From Candidatus Iainarchaeum sp. (lineage in GTDB: Archaea > Iainarchaeota > Iainarchaeia > Iainarchaeales > CSSED10-239): a stretch of 14,124 nucleotides of DNA. Made by a program: the position numbers and the translations under genes. This document shows, in pieces, positions 1 through 6,593 of this stretch. The stretch lies in NCBI GenBank assembly GCA_028700905.1, contig JAQVRT010000015.1:1-14124 (forward strand). Reading direction: 5' to 3'. How positions within the stretch are numbered: the first letter of the stretch is position 1; the number at the start of each line of letters is the position of its first letter. Below the pieces are notes generated by a model. That model saw only the letters and a list, made by a program, of their open reading frames with translations. It did no database searches and was not told the origin of the DNA.

Positions 1-194
1 GTTCTTACAAGCTTACCATCTTTGTTTTTTTTAGCTAAGATACAATTGTCAGGGCAATAAACATAGCACAGCATACACTGAACACATCTTTTTTTATCCC
101 ATACAGGTTTTTTATGTCTCCAGTTCCCTGTACTATAATGTTTAGAAGTACCTCCCTCTAAGACACCGCCAACAATTTTTTTTTCTTTCTCCAT
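1..194 (-). CDS. porD: Pyruvate/2-oxoacid:ferredoxin oxidoreductase delta subunit (4Fe-4S ferredoxin-type), 5' part only; continues past the left window edge
   Basis: Not in the ORF track because it is partial. My reverse-strand translation from the ATG at 194-192 gives MEKEKKIVGGVLEGGTSKHYSTGNWRHKKPVWDKKRCVQCMLCYVYCPDNCILAKKNKDGKLVR... It contains a CxxCxxCxxxCP 4Fe-4S motif. It lies 16 nt downstream of porG, matching the canonical porG-porD order. Confidence 0.8.
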   Translation of the reverse strand, partial: MEKEKKIVGGVLEGGTSKHYSTGNWRHKKPVWDKKRCVQCMLCYVYCPDNCILAKKNKDGKLVR

Positions 195-210
195 AGTTAT
201 TTCTTATTTT

Positions 211-765
211 TTATTTTCTAAAGTCATACCCTCTCTTAAGGCAATTAAGGTTTGGCATAATAAAATGTTCTTTTCTTTTTTTAGTAAATGTTTCTTTAAT
301 AACTTTTTCAACATCTTTATATTTAATAAAATTAATTTTTTTATCTTCTAAGATTTTTAAAAGAGAACCTATTAAAACAATATTTGGATTATTTATCTTA
401 ATTTCTTCTAAAGAAATCTTAGTTCCATCAACTATAAATATTTCTTTACTTTTAAAACCTTTAATCTCTGCATTTCCATTAATAATTAAAGGAGAAGTAT
501 ATTCTTTAATTTCTTTTAAAACATTTGCTAAATTACCATCAATTACAATAACAACATCAGGTTTTAAGATAGGTTCATGTGTCCTAATAGGTTTATCTGA
601 AAGTCTGACAAAAGATCTTACAGGAGCTCCTCTTCTCTCAGGCCCATACTCTGGAAAAGCTTGTACATTTTTTCCAGCCTTAACTCCAGCTTCTGCAATG
701 ATTTGAGCACAGGTTTTAGCACCTTGTCCCCCTCTACCGTAAATAGATATATTTATTGTGTCCAT
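211..765 (-). CDS. porG: Pyruvate/2-oxoacid:ferredoxin oxidoreductase gamma subunit
   Basis: 184-aa ORF. The N-terminus IYGRGGQGAKTCAQIIAEAG...AFPEYGPERRGAPVRSFVRLSDKPI is the characteristic POR gamma-subunit signature. TAA stop, followed by porD. Confidence 0.9.
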   Translation of the reverse strand: MDTINISIYGRGGQGAKTCAQIIAEAGVKAGKNVQAFPEYGPERRGAPVRSFVRLSDKPIRTHEPILKPDVVIVIDGNLANVLKEIKEYTSPLIINGNAEIKGFKSKEIFIVDGTKISLEEIKINNPNIVLIGSLLKILEDKKINFIKYKDVEKVIKETFTKKRKEHFIMPNLNCLKRGYDFRK

Positions 766-817
766 ATTTTTTCTTTCTTATAAATATTATATTATAGTTA
801 TTAACCAATAAGAATTA

Positions 818-840
818 AAACTTAACTTTTAATTAAGTTT
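818..840. promoter_or_regulatory. 8-bp inverted repeat AAACTTAA-N7-TTAAGTTT in the divergent porG / 109-aa ORF intergenic region; possible operator
   Basis: Perfect 8-bp arms at 818-825 and 833-840, read directly. The 766-973 spacer also has two copies of the TATA-like 11-mer TTATAAATATT, at 778-788 and 890-900. The AT-rich background makes chance occurrence plausible. Confidence 0.2.
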
Positions 841-973
841 AAAAAGTATATCTAAAACTTATTTTTGGTATGTTTTTAATATCCATATATTATAAATATT
901 CTTCTTATGTATTATATTAATATAAATAAAAAATGTTTCTATTAAAAGTATATAAAAAAAGGTGTTTTAAAAT

Positions 974-1303
974 ATGGCTAATATAAAATCAAAAGATAGT
1001 TTTTCTTGGTCAAAAGGATCTACTAATTATTCTTATAACCAAAGAGGGTATGATTCTCCAGTTTCTTTATCAAAAATTGTTACAGATATTAGAAAATTAC
1101 AAAGATTACTTTCAATTTCTTTAAATTCTTTAGATAGAGAAGATTTAACTGCTTTAAAGAAAGATATTTCTTATCTTCAACATTTAATTTCAGATAACAT
1201 CTCAAAAAAAGACGTTCCTTCAAATATTGAAAGAGATTATGATAGATTAAATGAAGATGTTAGATATAAAATTTCAGAAATAGATAAAAGAATCCTTGGT
1301 TAA
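974..1303 (+). CDS. Hypothetical protein, 109 aa, predicted helical/coiled-coil; no recognisable family
   Basis: Intact ORF with GGTG about 12 nt upstream of the ATG. Codon usage resembles its neighbours. The C-terminal two thirds show heptad-like spacing of L/I and charged residues. Its stop overlaps the convergent gene's stop in a shared TTAA at 1300-1303. Confidence 0.5.
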   Translation: MANIKSKDSFSWSKGSTNYSYNQRGYDSPVSLSKIVTDIRKLQRLLSISLNSLDREDLTALKKDISYLQHLISDNISKKDVPSNIERDYDRLNEDVRYKISEIDKRILG

Positions 1304-2604
1304 TGATTCTTTTTATATATTTTATTAATAATATATGTTAAAAGAATAGATCCTATTGTTAATAATAATATACCTAAAATACTTTGCATAAATTTATCTG
1401 CAACTGCAAAAGAAACACCAATACCAAAGATTAAAAGCCCACTAAATAATTTTAATACTTTTCCATGTTTTTCTTCCATTTTACTTATTTTTAAAGTAAA
1501 TATGGCTATTGCAAATAAAACAATTTCATCTAAAAGATAAATTAGCATATATGTACCTAAAAGTGTATAATAACCTGCACTTGAAAGAGTACTATTTGCA
1601 ATCATGTTTGCCCAAAGTAAAGGAAGTCCTGCTGTACATGGTATCTCTAGTATAGTTACTCCTCCAGCTAAGATTATTGTTCCTAACATAATTGCAAATA
1701 AACTATTTTTAGGATTCATTATATTTCTAATCCTATCATATATTTTTGGTTTTTCTTTTTCAGAAATTGTTAGAGAAATTCCTTTTTTATACCAAAAATA
1801 ATCTTTAATGTTTATTATTCCAAAGATTACTGCTACAAGAACAATTATTATTTTAATTATTGGGCTATAAAAGAAAATTAAAGCATTTAATACACTAGTT
1901 ATAAATAATCCATAGATAATAGCAGTTACTGCTAAAAAAGTTATTCCTATTAAAAATATTTTCTTCCTAGATCCAGAATAAACAACTATACTTAATAAAA
2001 ACATTAAAACCCATAAAGAACAAGGATTTAATCCATCTACAAAAGAAATTATTAAAGTATTTAAAAATAAAGATTTATTTCCAAGATCTATTTTTTTACC
2101 AAAAAAATTTATTGTTTTATTTTCATCTCCAGAAACATATTCTTCTGAAGAAGGAATTTTATTTGTTTTTGAAAGGATTGTTTTTTCAGGGCATGAACAA
2201 TTAATATTAGTGTTATAACATCTATCAATTTCTTTATCAAGATTGTTTTTAATATTTTCTTCTCCACTAATATATGTTTCTCCAATAAACACTATTGGAA
2301 AAATATCAACTTGTAGAGAATATAAATTTTTATATTTTTCAAAGAGTTCTTTATTATCAGCTTCTAAAAGATTATATTTTTCAGTAATTATAAATGGATA
2401 TTTATTTTCAATATATTTGAAATATTCTAAAGTATTTAAACATTGAGTGCAGTCAGAAACATAAAATAAATGAACATATACCTCTTCAATTTCTGGTGTT
2501 TCAAAACTAGTTTCTTTTTGTTCAAGAGCTGAAATACTTCCTATATATGTAGTACTTATAATTAATACTAAAAATATAAAAAGTATAATTTTTTTTAAAT
2601 TCAT
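1300..2604 (-). CDS. Membrane thiol:disulfide protein: signal anchor, extracytoplasmic thioredoxin/glutaredoxin-like domain (CTQC), and a 6-7 TM CcdA/DsbD-like (LysE-superfamily) domain
   Basis: 434 aa. The N-terminus has a hydrophobic signal/anchor, MNLKKIILFIFLVLIISTTYIGSISA. The redoxin-like segment is VYVHLFYVSDCTQCLNTLEYF...FPIVFIGETYISG, followed by a Cys cluster CYNTNINCSCPE. The polytopic domain carries Pro-Cys motifs in the first helix (DGLNPCSLWVL) and fourth helix (LEIPCTAGLPLLW). That placement matches the CcdA/DsbD TM1/TM4 cysteine arrangement. Confidence 0.65.
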   Translation of the reverse strand: MNLKKIILFIFLVLIISTTYIGSISALEQKETSFETPEIEEVYVHLFYVSDCTQCLNTLEYFKYIENKYPFIITEKYNLLEADNKELFEKYKNLYSLQVDIFPIVFIGETYISGEENIKNNLDKEIDRCYNTNINCSCPEKTILSKTNKIPSSEEYVSGDENKTINFFGKKIDLGNKSLFLNTLIISFVDGLNPCSLWVLMFLLSIVVYSGSRKKIFLIGITFLAVTAIIYGLFITSVLNALIFFYSPIIKIIIVLVAVIFGIINIKDYFWYKKGISLTISEKEKPKIYDRIRNIMNPKNSLFAIMLGTIILAGGVTILEIPCTAGLPLLWANMIANSTLSSAGYYTLLGTYMLIYLLDEIVLFAIAIFTLKISKMEEKHGKVLKLFSGLLIFGIGVSFAVADKFMQSILGILLLTIGSILLTYIINKIYKKNH

Positions 2605-2631
2605 TTAGTCAACTCTTTTTTTATAATGAAA

Positions 2632-3201
2632 TTAAAATATATTTTTAAAGAAATTTGCTATTCTTTTAAAAAAACCAATTTTTTCAGTTTTTTCTTTTTT
2701 AATTTCTTCTCCAAGATATTTAACATACTTGTCATTAGTTAAATATTCTTTAAATTCTTCTTGGTTTTCAAGATAACTATAAGAATCTTTACAAGTGTTT
2801 TCTCTACAATTATTGATTATTGTTTCCATTTGTCCTTGTATACTTTCTGAAAATCCAATCCATACTTTCTCTGAAATAAAAGTTATAGGTACACTTGTGC
2901 TTCTTTCTTGAAAAGCTTTTGAGAATTCAAGTAATAGTTTTGAATTGTTTCTTTGAGTATCAAGTTCAAAATAATAAACTCTTACATCTGGATTATTTTT
3001 TACATATTCTGTAAAAAATTCTTTTTCTTGAGCACAATAAGGGCAAGTTGAGGTTCCAAAGAAATACACATTTATTTTTGCTTCTTGGTTTGTATCAATT
3101 ATTACATTCTCATTAACATCAACATTTACATCTTCTGAAAAGACTGTGTTTGAAAAAATGGTTACAAGCACCATAATTATAAATAAATATTTTAATTTCA
3201 T
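2632..3201 (-). CDS. Secreted or surface-tethered glutaredoxin/thioredoxin-like protein with a CPYC active site
   Basis: 189 aa. Signal peptide MKLKYLFIIMVLVTIFSNTVFS. Redoxin segment INVYFFGTSTCPYCAQEKEFF...VPITFISEKVWIGF, then the pair CRENTC. The C-terminus IGFFKRIANFFKNIF is amphipathic. A GGAG lies 9 nt upstream of the ATG, inside the end of the preceding gene. Confidence 0.7.
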   Translation of the reverse strand: MKLKYLFIIMVLVTIFSNTVFSEDVNVDVNENVIIDTNQEAKINVYFFGTSTCPYCAQEKEFFTEYVKNNPDVRVYYFELDTQRNNSKLLLEFSKAFQERSTSVPITFISEKVWIGFSESIQGQMETIINNCRENTCKDSYSYLENQEEFKEYLTNDKYVKYLGEEIKKEKTEKIGFFKRIANFFKNIF

Positions 3202-3204
3202 AAA

Positions 3205-3420
3205 TTATTTCTCCTTTTTTTCTAAAAATTCATTTAAATCTTCGAGTAAAGATATTTGATCTATACCATACATTTCACAAACTGCACCAATTTCTAAAAT
3301 ATCCATTTCCATTCTTGCCATCGGACAAGTTACGCATGGAAAACCGTGTGCCATTAATATCTCAAAAATATCTTCTCTTTCAAGAAGTTCTTTTAATTTT
3401 GTTTCTGAAGTTATTTTCAT
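3205..3420 (-). CDS. DUF1858-type small redox-disulfide protein (hybrid-cluster-protein-associated redox disulfide domain family)
   Basis: 71 aa. HGFPCVTCPMARMEMDILEIGAVCEMYGID...LLEDLNEFL matches the G-x-x-C-x-x-CP...E...HGID...LN pattern of this family as I recall it. No signal peptide, so it is probably cytoplasmic. Confidence 0.7.
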   Translation of the reverse strand: MKITSETKLKELLEREDIFEILMAHGFPCVTCPMARMEMDILEIGAVCEMYGIDQISLLEDLNEFLEKKEK

Positions 3421-3422
3421 AG

Positions 3423-4547
3423 TTAATCAAATTTTTGATTTATTTTTTTAATCTCATTAATTAATTCTTTAGTGCTTTCTAAAGTGTTTCCTTTGCCTAA
3501 AGAAATTCTTAAAATTCCATTTTTTTTATTTTTTAAAATTTTTAGTGCTGAAACTACATGACTTTTTTCATTATTATTTGAAAGACATGCAGAACCTGTT
3601 GAAACATAAAATCCTTTTAAGTCTAAAGATAAAAGAATTGATTCAGATTCAATATTTTCAAATAATAGACAAACATTGTTTACAAGTCTATTTTCTTTTG
3701 ATCCTAATATTTTAATTGAAGGTATGTTTTCAATTTCTGAAAAAATATAATCTCTTAATTCTTTTTCTCTTAAAAGTTCTTCTTTATCTAAAGATTTTAT
3801 TGCTTCTCTAAGCCCAATTATACCAGGAACATTTAAAGTTCCGCTTCTTAAATTATTTTCATGTCCTCCTCCATGAAAAAGAGGAGTTAGGTTAATATTT
3901 TTTTTAATAATTATTGCACCTATGCCTTTAGGGCCATAGATTTTGTGTGCATTAATTGTTATAAGATCAATATTTTGTTCTATAAGATCTATTTCAGTTT
4001 TACAGAAGCTTTGACATGCATCTGTGTGTAAAAAAACTTTTTTTTCTTTACAGATTTGTCCAATTTTTTTAAGGTCTTGTAAAGTCCCAATTTCATTATT
4101 TCCATGAATAATTGAAACCAAAATTGTATCTTTTCTAATCTTTTTATTTAAATCTTCTAAGTCAATTAATCCTTCTGAATTGTTTTCAATATATTCTATA
4201 TCATATCCTTTTAGTTTAAGATATTTTGCAGAATTTAGAATTGAATCATGTTCTATTTTACTTATTAAAATATGATTTCCTTTTTCTTTATAACTTTCTG
4301 CAATTCCTTTAAGTGCAAGGTTATTACTTTCTGTTCCACCAGAAGTAAATATTAGTTTATGGTTAATACCATTTAATTTTTTTAAAATTTCTTCTCTTGC
4401 ATTTTCAACTTCATCTTTTGATTTTTCACCAAAAGAATGCATGCTTGATGTGTTTGCAAATTTTTCTGAAAAATAAGGTTTCATTTTTTCAAAAACATTT
4501 AAGTCAATAGGGCAAGTTGAAGCATAATCAAAATATTTAGTATTCAT
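3423..4547 (-). CDS. Cysteine desulfurase, NifS/IscS type (class V PLP aminotransferase fold)
   Basis: 374 aa. Motifs seen: FTSGGTESNNLA, HTDACQS, the PLP-lysine motif INAHKIYGPKGIGA, RSGTLNVPG, and the catalytic-cysteine loop STGSACLS. The start overlaps the ArsR stop in ATGA at 4544-4547. Confidence 0.9.
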   Translation of the reverse strand: MNTKYFDYASTCPIDLNVFEKMKPYFSEKFANTSSMHSFGEKSKDEVENAREEILKKLNGINHKLIFTSGGTESNNLALKGIAESYKEKGNHILISKIEHDSILNSAKYLKLKGYDIEYIENNSEGLIDLEDLNKKIRKDTILVSIIHGNNEIGTLQDLKKIGQICKEKKVFLHTDACQSFCKTEIDLIEQNIDLITINAHKIYGPKGIGAIIIKKNINLTPLFHGGGHENNLRSGTLNVPGIIGLREAIKSLDKEELLREKELRDYIFSEIENIPSIKILGSKENRLVNNVCLLFENIESESILLSLDLKGFYVSTGSACLSNNNEKSHVVSALKILKNKKNGILRISLGKGNTLESTKELINEIKKINQKFD

Positions 4548-4855
4548 TTTTTCTCATTTATCTTTCTTTTACATTTCCCATCACAAAAATCTCTCATATG
4601 ATCATTTAATATTTTAATAAGTGGTTTTATGGTTTTCTTGTTTAAAGAATATTTAATATATTTTCCTTGTCTTTGAGAAAAAACTACATTACATTCAAGA
4701 AGTATTTTTAAATTATGGCTAACCTTTGATTGTTCTTCATTAATATCTTTACAGATATCAGTTACAAATTTATCTGATGCATATAAAGAATTAATGATTT
4801 TCCATCTGGTCTCATTTGAGATTACAGTAAAAAAATAATATGATGCGCAGTTCAT
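4544..4855 (-). CDS. ArsR/SmtB-family winged-helix transcriptional regulator with a C-terminal H-x4-C-x3-C motif
   Basis: 103 aa. ISNETRWKIINSLYASDKFVTDICKDINEEQSKVSHNLKILLECNVVFSQRQGKYIKYSLN is a typical ArsR HTH core. It lacks the classical ELCVCDL site but has HMRDFCDGKC near the C-terminus and a Cys at residue 3. Confidence 0.85.
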   Translation of the reverse strand: MNCASYYFFTVISNETRWKIINSLYASDKFVTDICKDINEEQSKVSHNLKILLECNVVFSQRQGKYIKYSLNKKTIKPLIKILNDHMRDFCDGKCKRKINEKK

Positions 4856-4877
4856 ATTATATATTATATAGAAAATG

Positions 4878-4885
4878 TTTAAATA
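4878..4885 (-). promoter_or_regulatory. Candidate TATA box (TATTTAAA on the minus strand) for the ArsR operon; spacing suggests a leaderless transcript
   Basis: The element is centred about 26-27 nt upstream of the ArsR ATG at 4855, and there is no Shine-Dalgarno in between. Many TATA-like strings exist in this AT-rich DNA, so support is weak. Confidence 0.3.
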
Positions 4886-4918
4886 GTTATTTGTTTAGAG
4901 TTTATTCTTGTTTTCAAA

Positions 4919-6118
4919 TTAGTTTTTGTCTAAAATAAACTCTTTTGCTTTAGATAAATCTCCATTATAAAGAATATCAAAAAATCTTTGATAATCAAAG
5001 TCTTTGGAGATATTTGTTTGAGAGATCTGTTCAAAGAAAATACTTTTTGAAATTTCAAAAAGATTGCCTTTATTTTGTTCAATACTTTTAAGTTTTTCAA
5101 CACTTTCTTTTAATTTTTGTTCTTGTATTTTATTTGAAAAAGAAATGTAAAAATAATCTTTATATTTATCCTCAATTTCTTTAAGATTAATACTTTTTAA
5201 AAAATAACCTTTTAGTAATTCTCCTTTAAGCCTTATTCTTAGGAGAGGTTTTTTATCTTCTTTTTTTTCAATTAGTTTTTCAATCTCTAAAGTTATAATT
5301 TCAATTGTTTTTTCAGGAGTTGTTAACTTAAGATCTAAATCTTTATAGAAAACTTTCCTTGTATTTTTAATTGCATGAAAATCTAATTGATTTGTTTTTG
5401 TATCTAGAATGAAAAATCCTTTTTCAGTATCTGATTCAATTTTTTTATTTTGTGTAGAAACAGTTGACCCTGACATTATAAATCTTGTTTTTTCATCAAG
5501 TGGTTCTATTACTTTCCAATGAAGGTGTCCATTTGCTATAATATCAAAACCTTTTGGAAGGTTACTTAAAGATAACATTTCTTCACTTTCAAAAGGAAGA
5601 TATTCTTTAAAAGATTGATGAAGAAGTAAAATGTTATACCCTTCTTTAGGTGTAGGATTCCATTTATCTAAAATATCTTTTGCAAATCTATCTGGAACTC
5701 CTGAAAGACCAAAAACATTTACTTTTTCTTCTTCTTTTTCTATAGTTACTGAATCTGCATGTACAACTCTTAAAAAATTCATAACTTCTAAAAGTTCAAC
5801 AGTTGATTTAAAGTCTTTACCTCTAAATTCATGATTTCCAATAATTCCTATCATTGGTATTTTTAATTTTCTTTCTTGTCTTGATTTTAAATTAATTTTA
5901 TTTTCAATATCTACATTGTTAAGCACAGAAATAGCTTCATAATAAACTTCGTGTGTAGGTATGGTTTTATCAAATAAATCTCCACAAGTAATTATAAAAT
6001 CAATATTTTCTTCTTTAATCTGCATGAATGCTTCTGATAATTGAACAAAAGAATCCATTTCAAGATCTGTTCCAAAATTAAGGCCTAAGTGCCAATCACT
6101 AAATATTGCAATTTTCAT
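4919..6118 (-). CDS. mre11: Mre11-type DNA double-strand-break repair nuclease (calcineurin-like metallophosphoesterase)
   Basis: 399 aa. All phosphoesterase motifs appear in order: SDWHLG, CGDLFD, GNHE, LLLHQ, GHLH. They are followed by a Lys/Glu-rich C-terminal region. There is no rad50 on either side. Confidence 0.85.
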   Translation of the reverse strand: MKIAIFSDWHLGLNFGTDLEMDSFVQLSEAFMQIKEENIDFIITCGDLFDKTIPTHEVYYEAISVLNNVDIENKINLKSRQERKLKIPMIGIIGNHEFRGKDFKSTVELLEVMNFLRVVHADSVTIEKEEEKVNVFGLSGVPDRFAKDILDKWNPTPKEGYNILLLHQSFKEYLPFESEEMLSLSNLPKGFDIIANGHLHWKVIEPLDEKTRFIMSGSTVSTQNKKIESDTEKGFFILDTKTNQLDFHAIKNTRKVFYKDLDLKLTTPEKTIEIITLEIEKLIEKKEDKKPLLRIRLKGELLKGYFLKSINLKEIEDKYKDYFYISFSNKIQEQKLKESVEKLKSIEQNKGNLFEISKSIFFEQISQTNISKDFDYQRFFDILYNGDLSKAKEFILDKN

Positions 6119-6203
6119 AAATTTTACCTAATGTTTATAAACTATTCTAATTATTAAATATATACCTATGAAACATTATTTATAGTTTATGTAATGTTTT
6201 TTA

Positions 6204-6274
6204 GCCTCAATGGCAGAACGGTCATGCATCCGCCTGCAGAGCGGAAGAATAGGGTTCGACTCCCTATTGAGGCT
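6204..6274 (+). tRNA. tRNA-Cys (anticodon GCA), 71 nt, no encoded CCA
   Basis: Folded by hand. Acceptor GCCTCAA/TTGAGGC. Anticodon stem TCCGC/GCGGA with loop CTGCAGA, giving anticodon GCA. T-arm TAGGG-TTCGACT-CCCTA. 4-nt variable loop. Discriminator U, as expected for tRNA-Cys. It is the clearest GC-rich island in the window and is followed by TTTT. Confidence 0.9.
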
Positions 6275-6370
6275 TTTAATAGTTTAAAAGGATTTTTAAA
6301 ATATAGCAATTACAAGAAAAAAACCTTATGTTTCAAAAGGAACTTTACCAAGAATATCTAAATAAAAAAC

Positions 6371-6577
6371 ATGTCTATAGAATCTATTAAAAAGCATTAC
6401 ACACATGTTCTTGAAAGTGTAAATAAAGTTTACCCTCATGGCCTTTCAAAAATATAAAAAGAACATTTAAAAGATATGTTTTTAAAAAATCCAAGAGTTA
6501 CTTCTGGTGAAGTTTTAAAAGAAATGGGATATTTGTCAGGTATTGGCAAAGGAAAAGCTCCTTCTGTTAAAAAATAA
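6371..6577 (+). pseudogene. Possible decayed small ORF of about 68 codons, interrupted by an in-frame TAA at 6455-6457
   Basis: My translation is MSIESIKKHYTHVLESVNKVYPHGLSKI*KEHLKDMFLKNPRVTSGEVLKEMGYLSGIGKGKAPSVKK*. A further 20-codon fragment at 6328-6390 lies in another frame. No family recognised, and it may be non-coding. Confidence 0.25.
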
Positions 6578-6591
6578 TTTTTTTAAAAAAA
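6578..6591. terminator. T7A7 palindromic run; candidate bidirectional oligo-T archaeal terminator
   Basis: TTTTTTTAAAAAAA sits between the convergent small ORF, whose stop is at 6575-6577, and the PEP-synthase-like gene, whose stop is at 6594-6596. It presents an oligo-T tract on both strands. Confidence 0.4.
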
Positions 6592-6593
6592 TT

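Noticed and set aside
766-973. Short direct and inverted AT-rich repeats in intergenic regions examined as a possible CRISPR array, tandem repeat array or replication origin.
   Set aside because: The repeats are at most 11 nt, irregularly spaced, and indistinguishable from TATA-like promoter strings in this composition. There is no regular repeat-spacer periodicity anywhere in the window, and no ORB-like longer repeats or adjacent cdc6/orc1.
1604-1801. Track ORFs antisense to or nested in longer genes: 1604-1801(+), 2243-2446(+), 5631-5834(+), 6685-7008(+), 8260-8535(+), 11358-11597(-) and 11503-11706(-).
   Set aside because: Each lies entirely inside a longer ORF on the opposite strand that has clear family motifs. 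Their translations are low-complexity F/I/L/S/K strings, typical of shadow frames in AT-rich DNA. None has a recognisable motif or ribosome-binding site.
4854-4870. ATATTAT-ATATTAT-ATA next to the ArsR start, considered as a palindromic operator.
   Set aside because: When checked, it is a tandem direct heptamer and not a true palindrome, and it is low-complexity AT sequence. I mention it only as a candidate site within the ArsR finding, not as a supported feature.
6204-6274. A functional link between tRNA-Cys and the neighbouring cysteine desulfurase / thiol-redox operon.
   Set aside because: mre11 lies between them and they are on different transcription units. Adjacency of a single tRNA gene is most simply coincidence.
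6204-6593. An integrated mobile element at tRNA-Cys, since tRNA genes are common integration sites and the downstream region is decayed.
   Set aside because: There is no integrase, transposase or other mobile-element gene. No direct repeat of the tRNA 3' end occurs elsewhere in the window. The flanking gene is an ordinary housekeeping-type enzyme.
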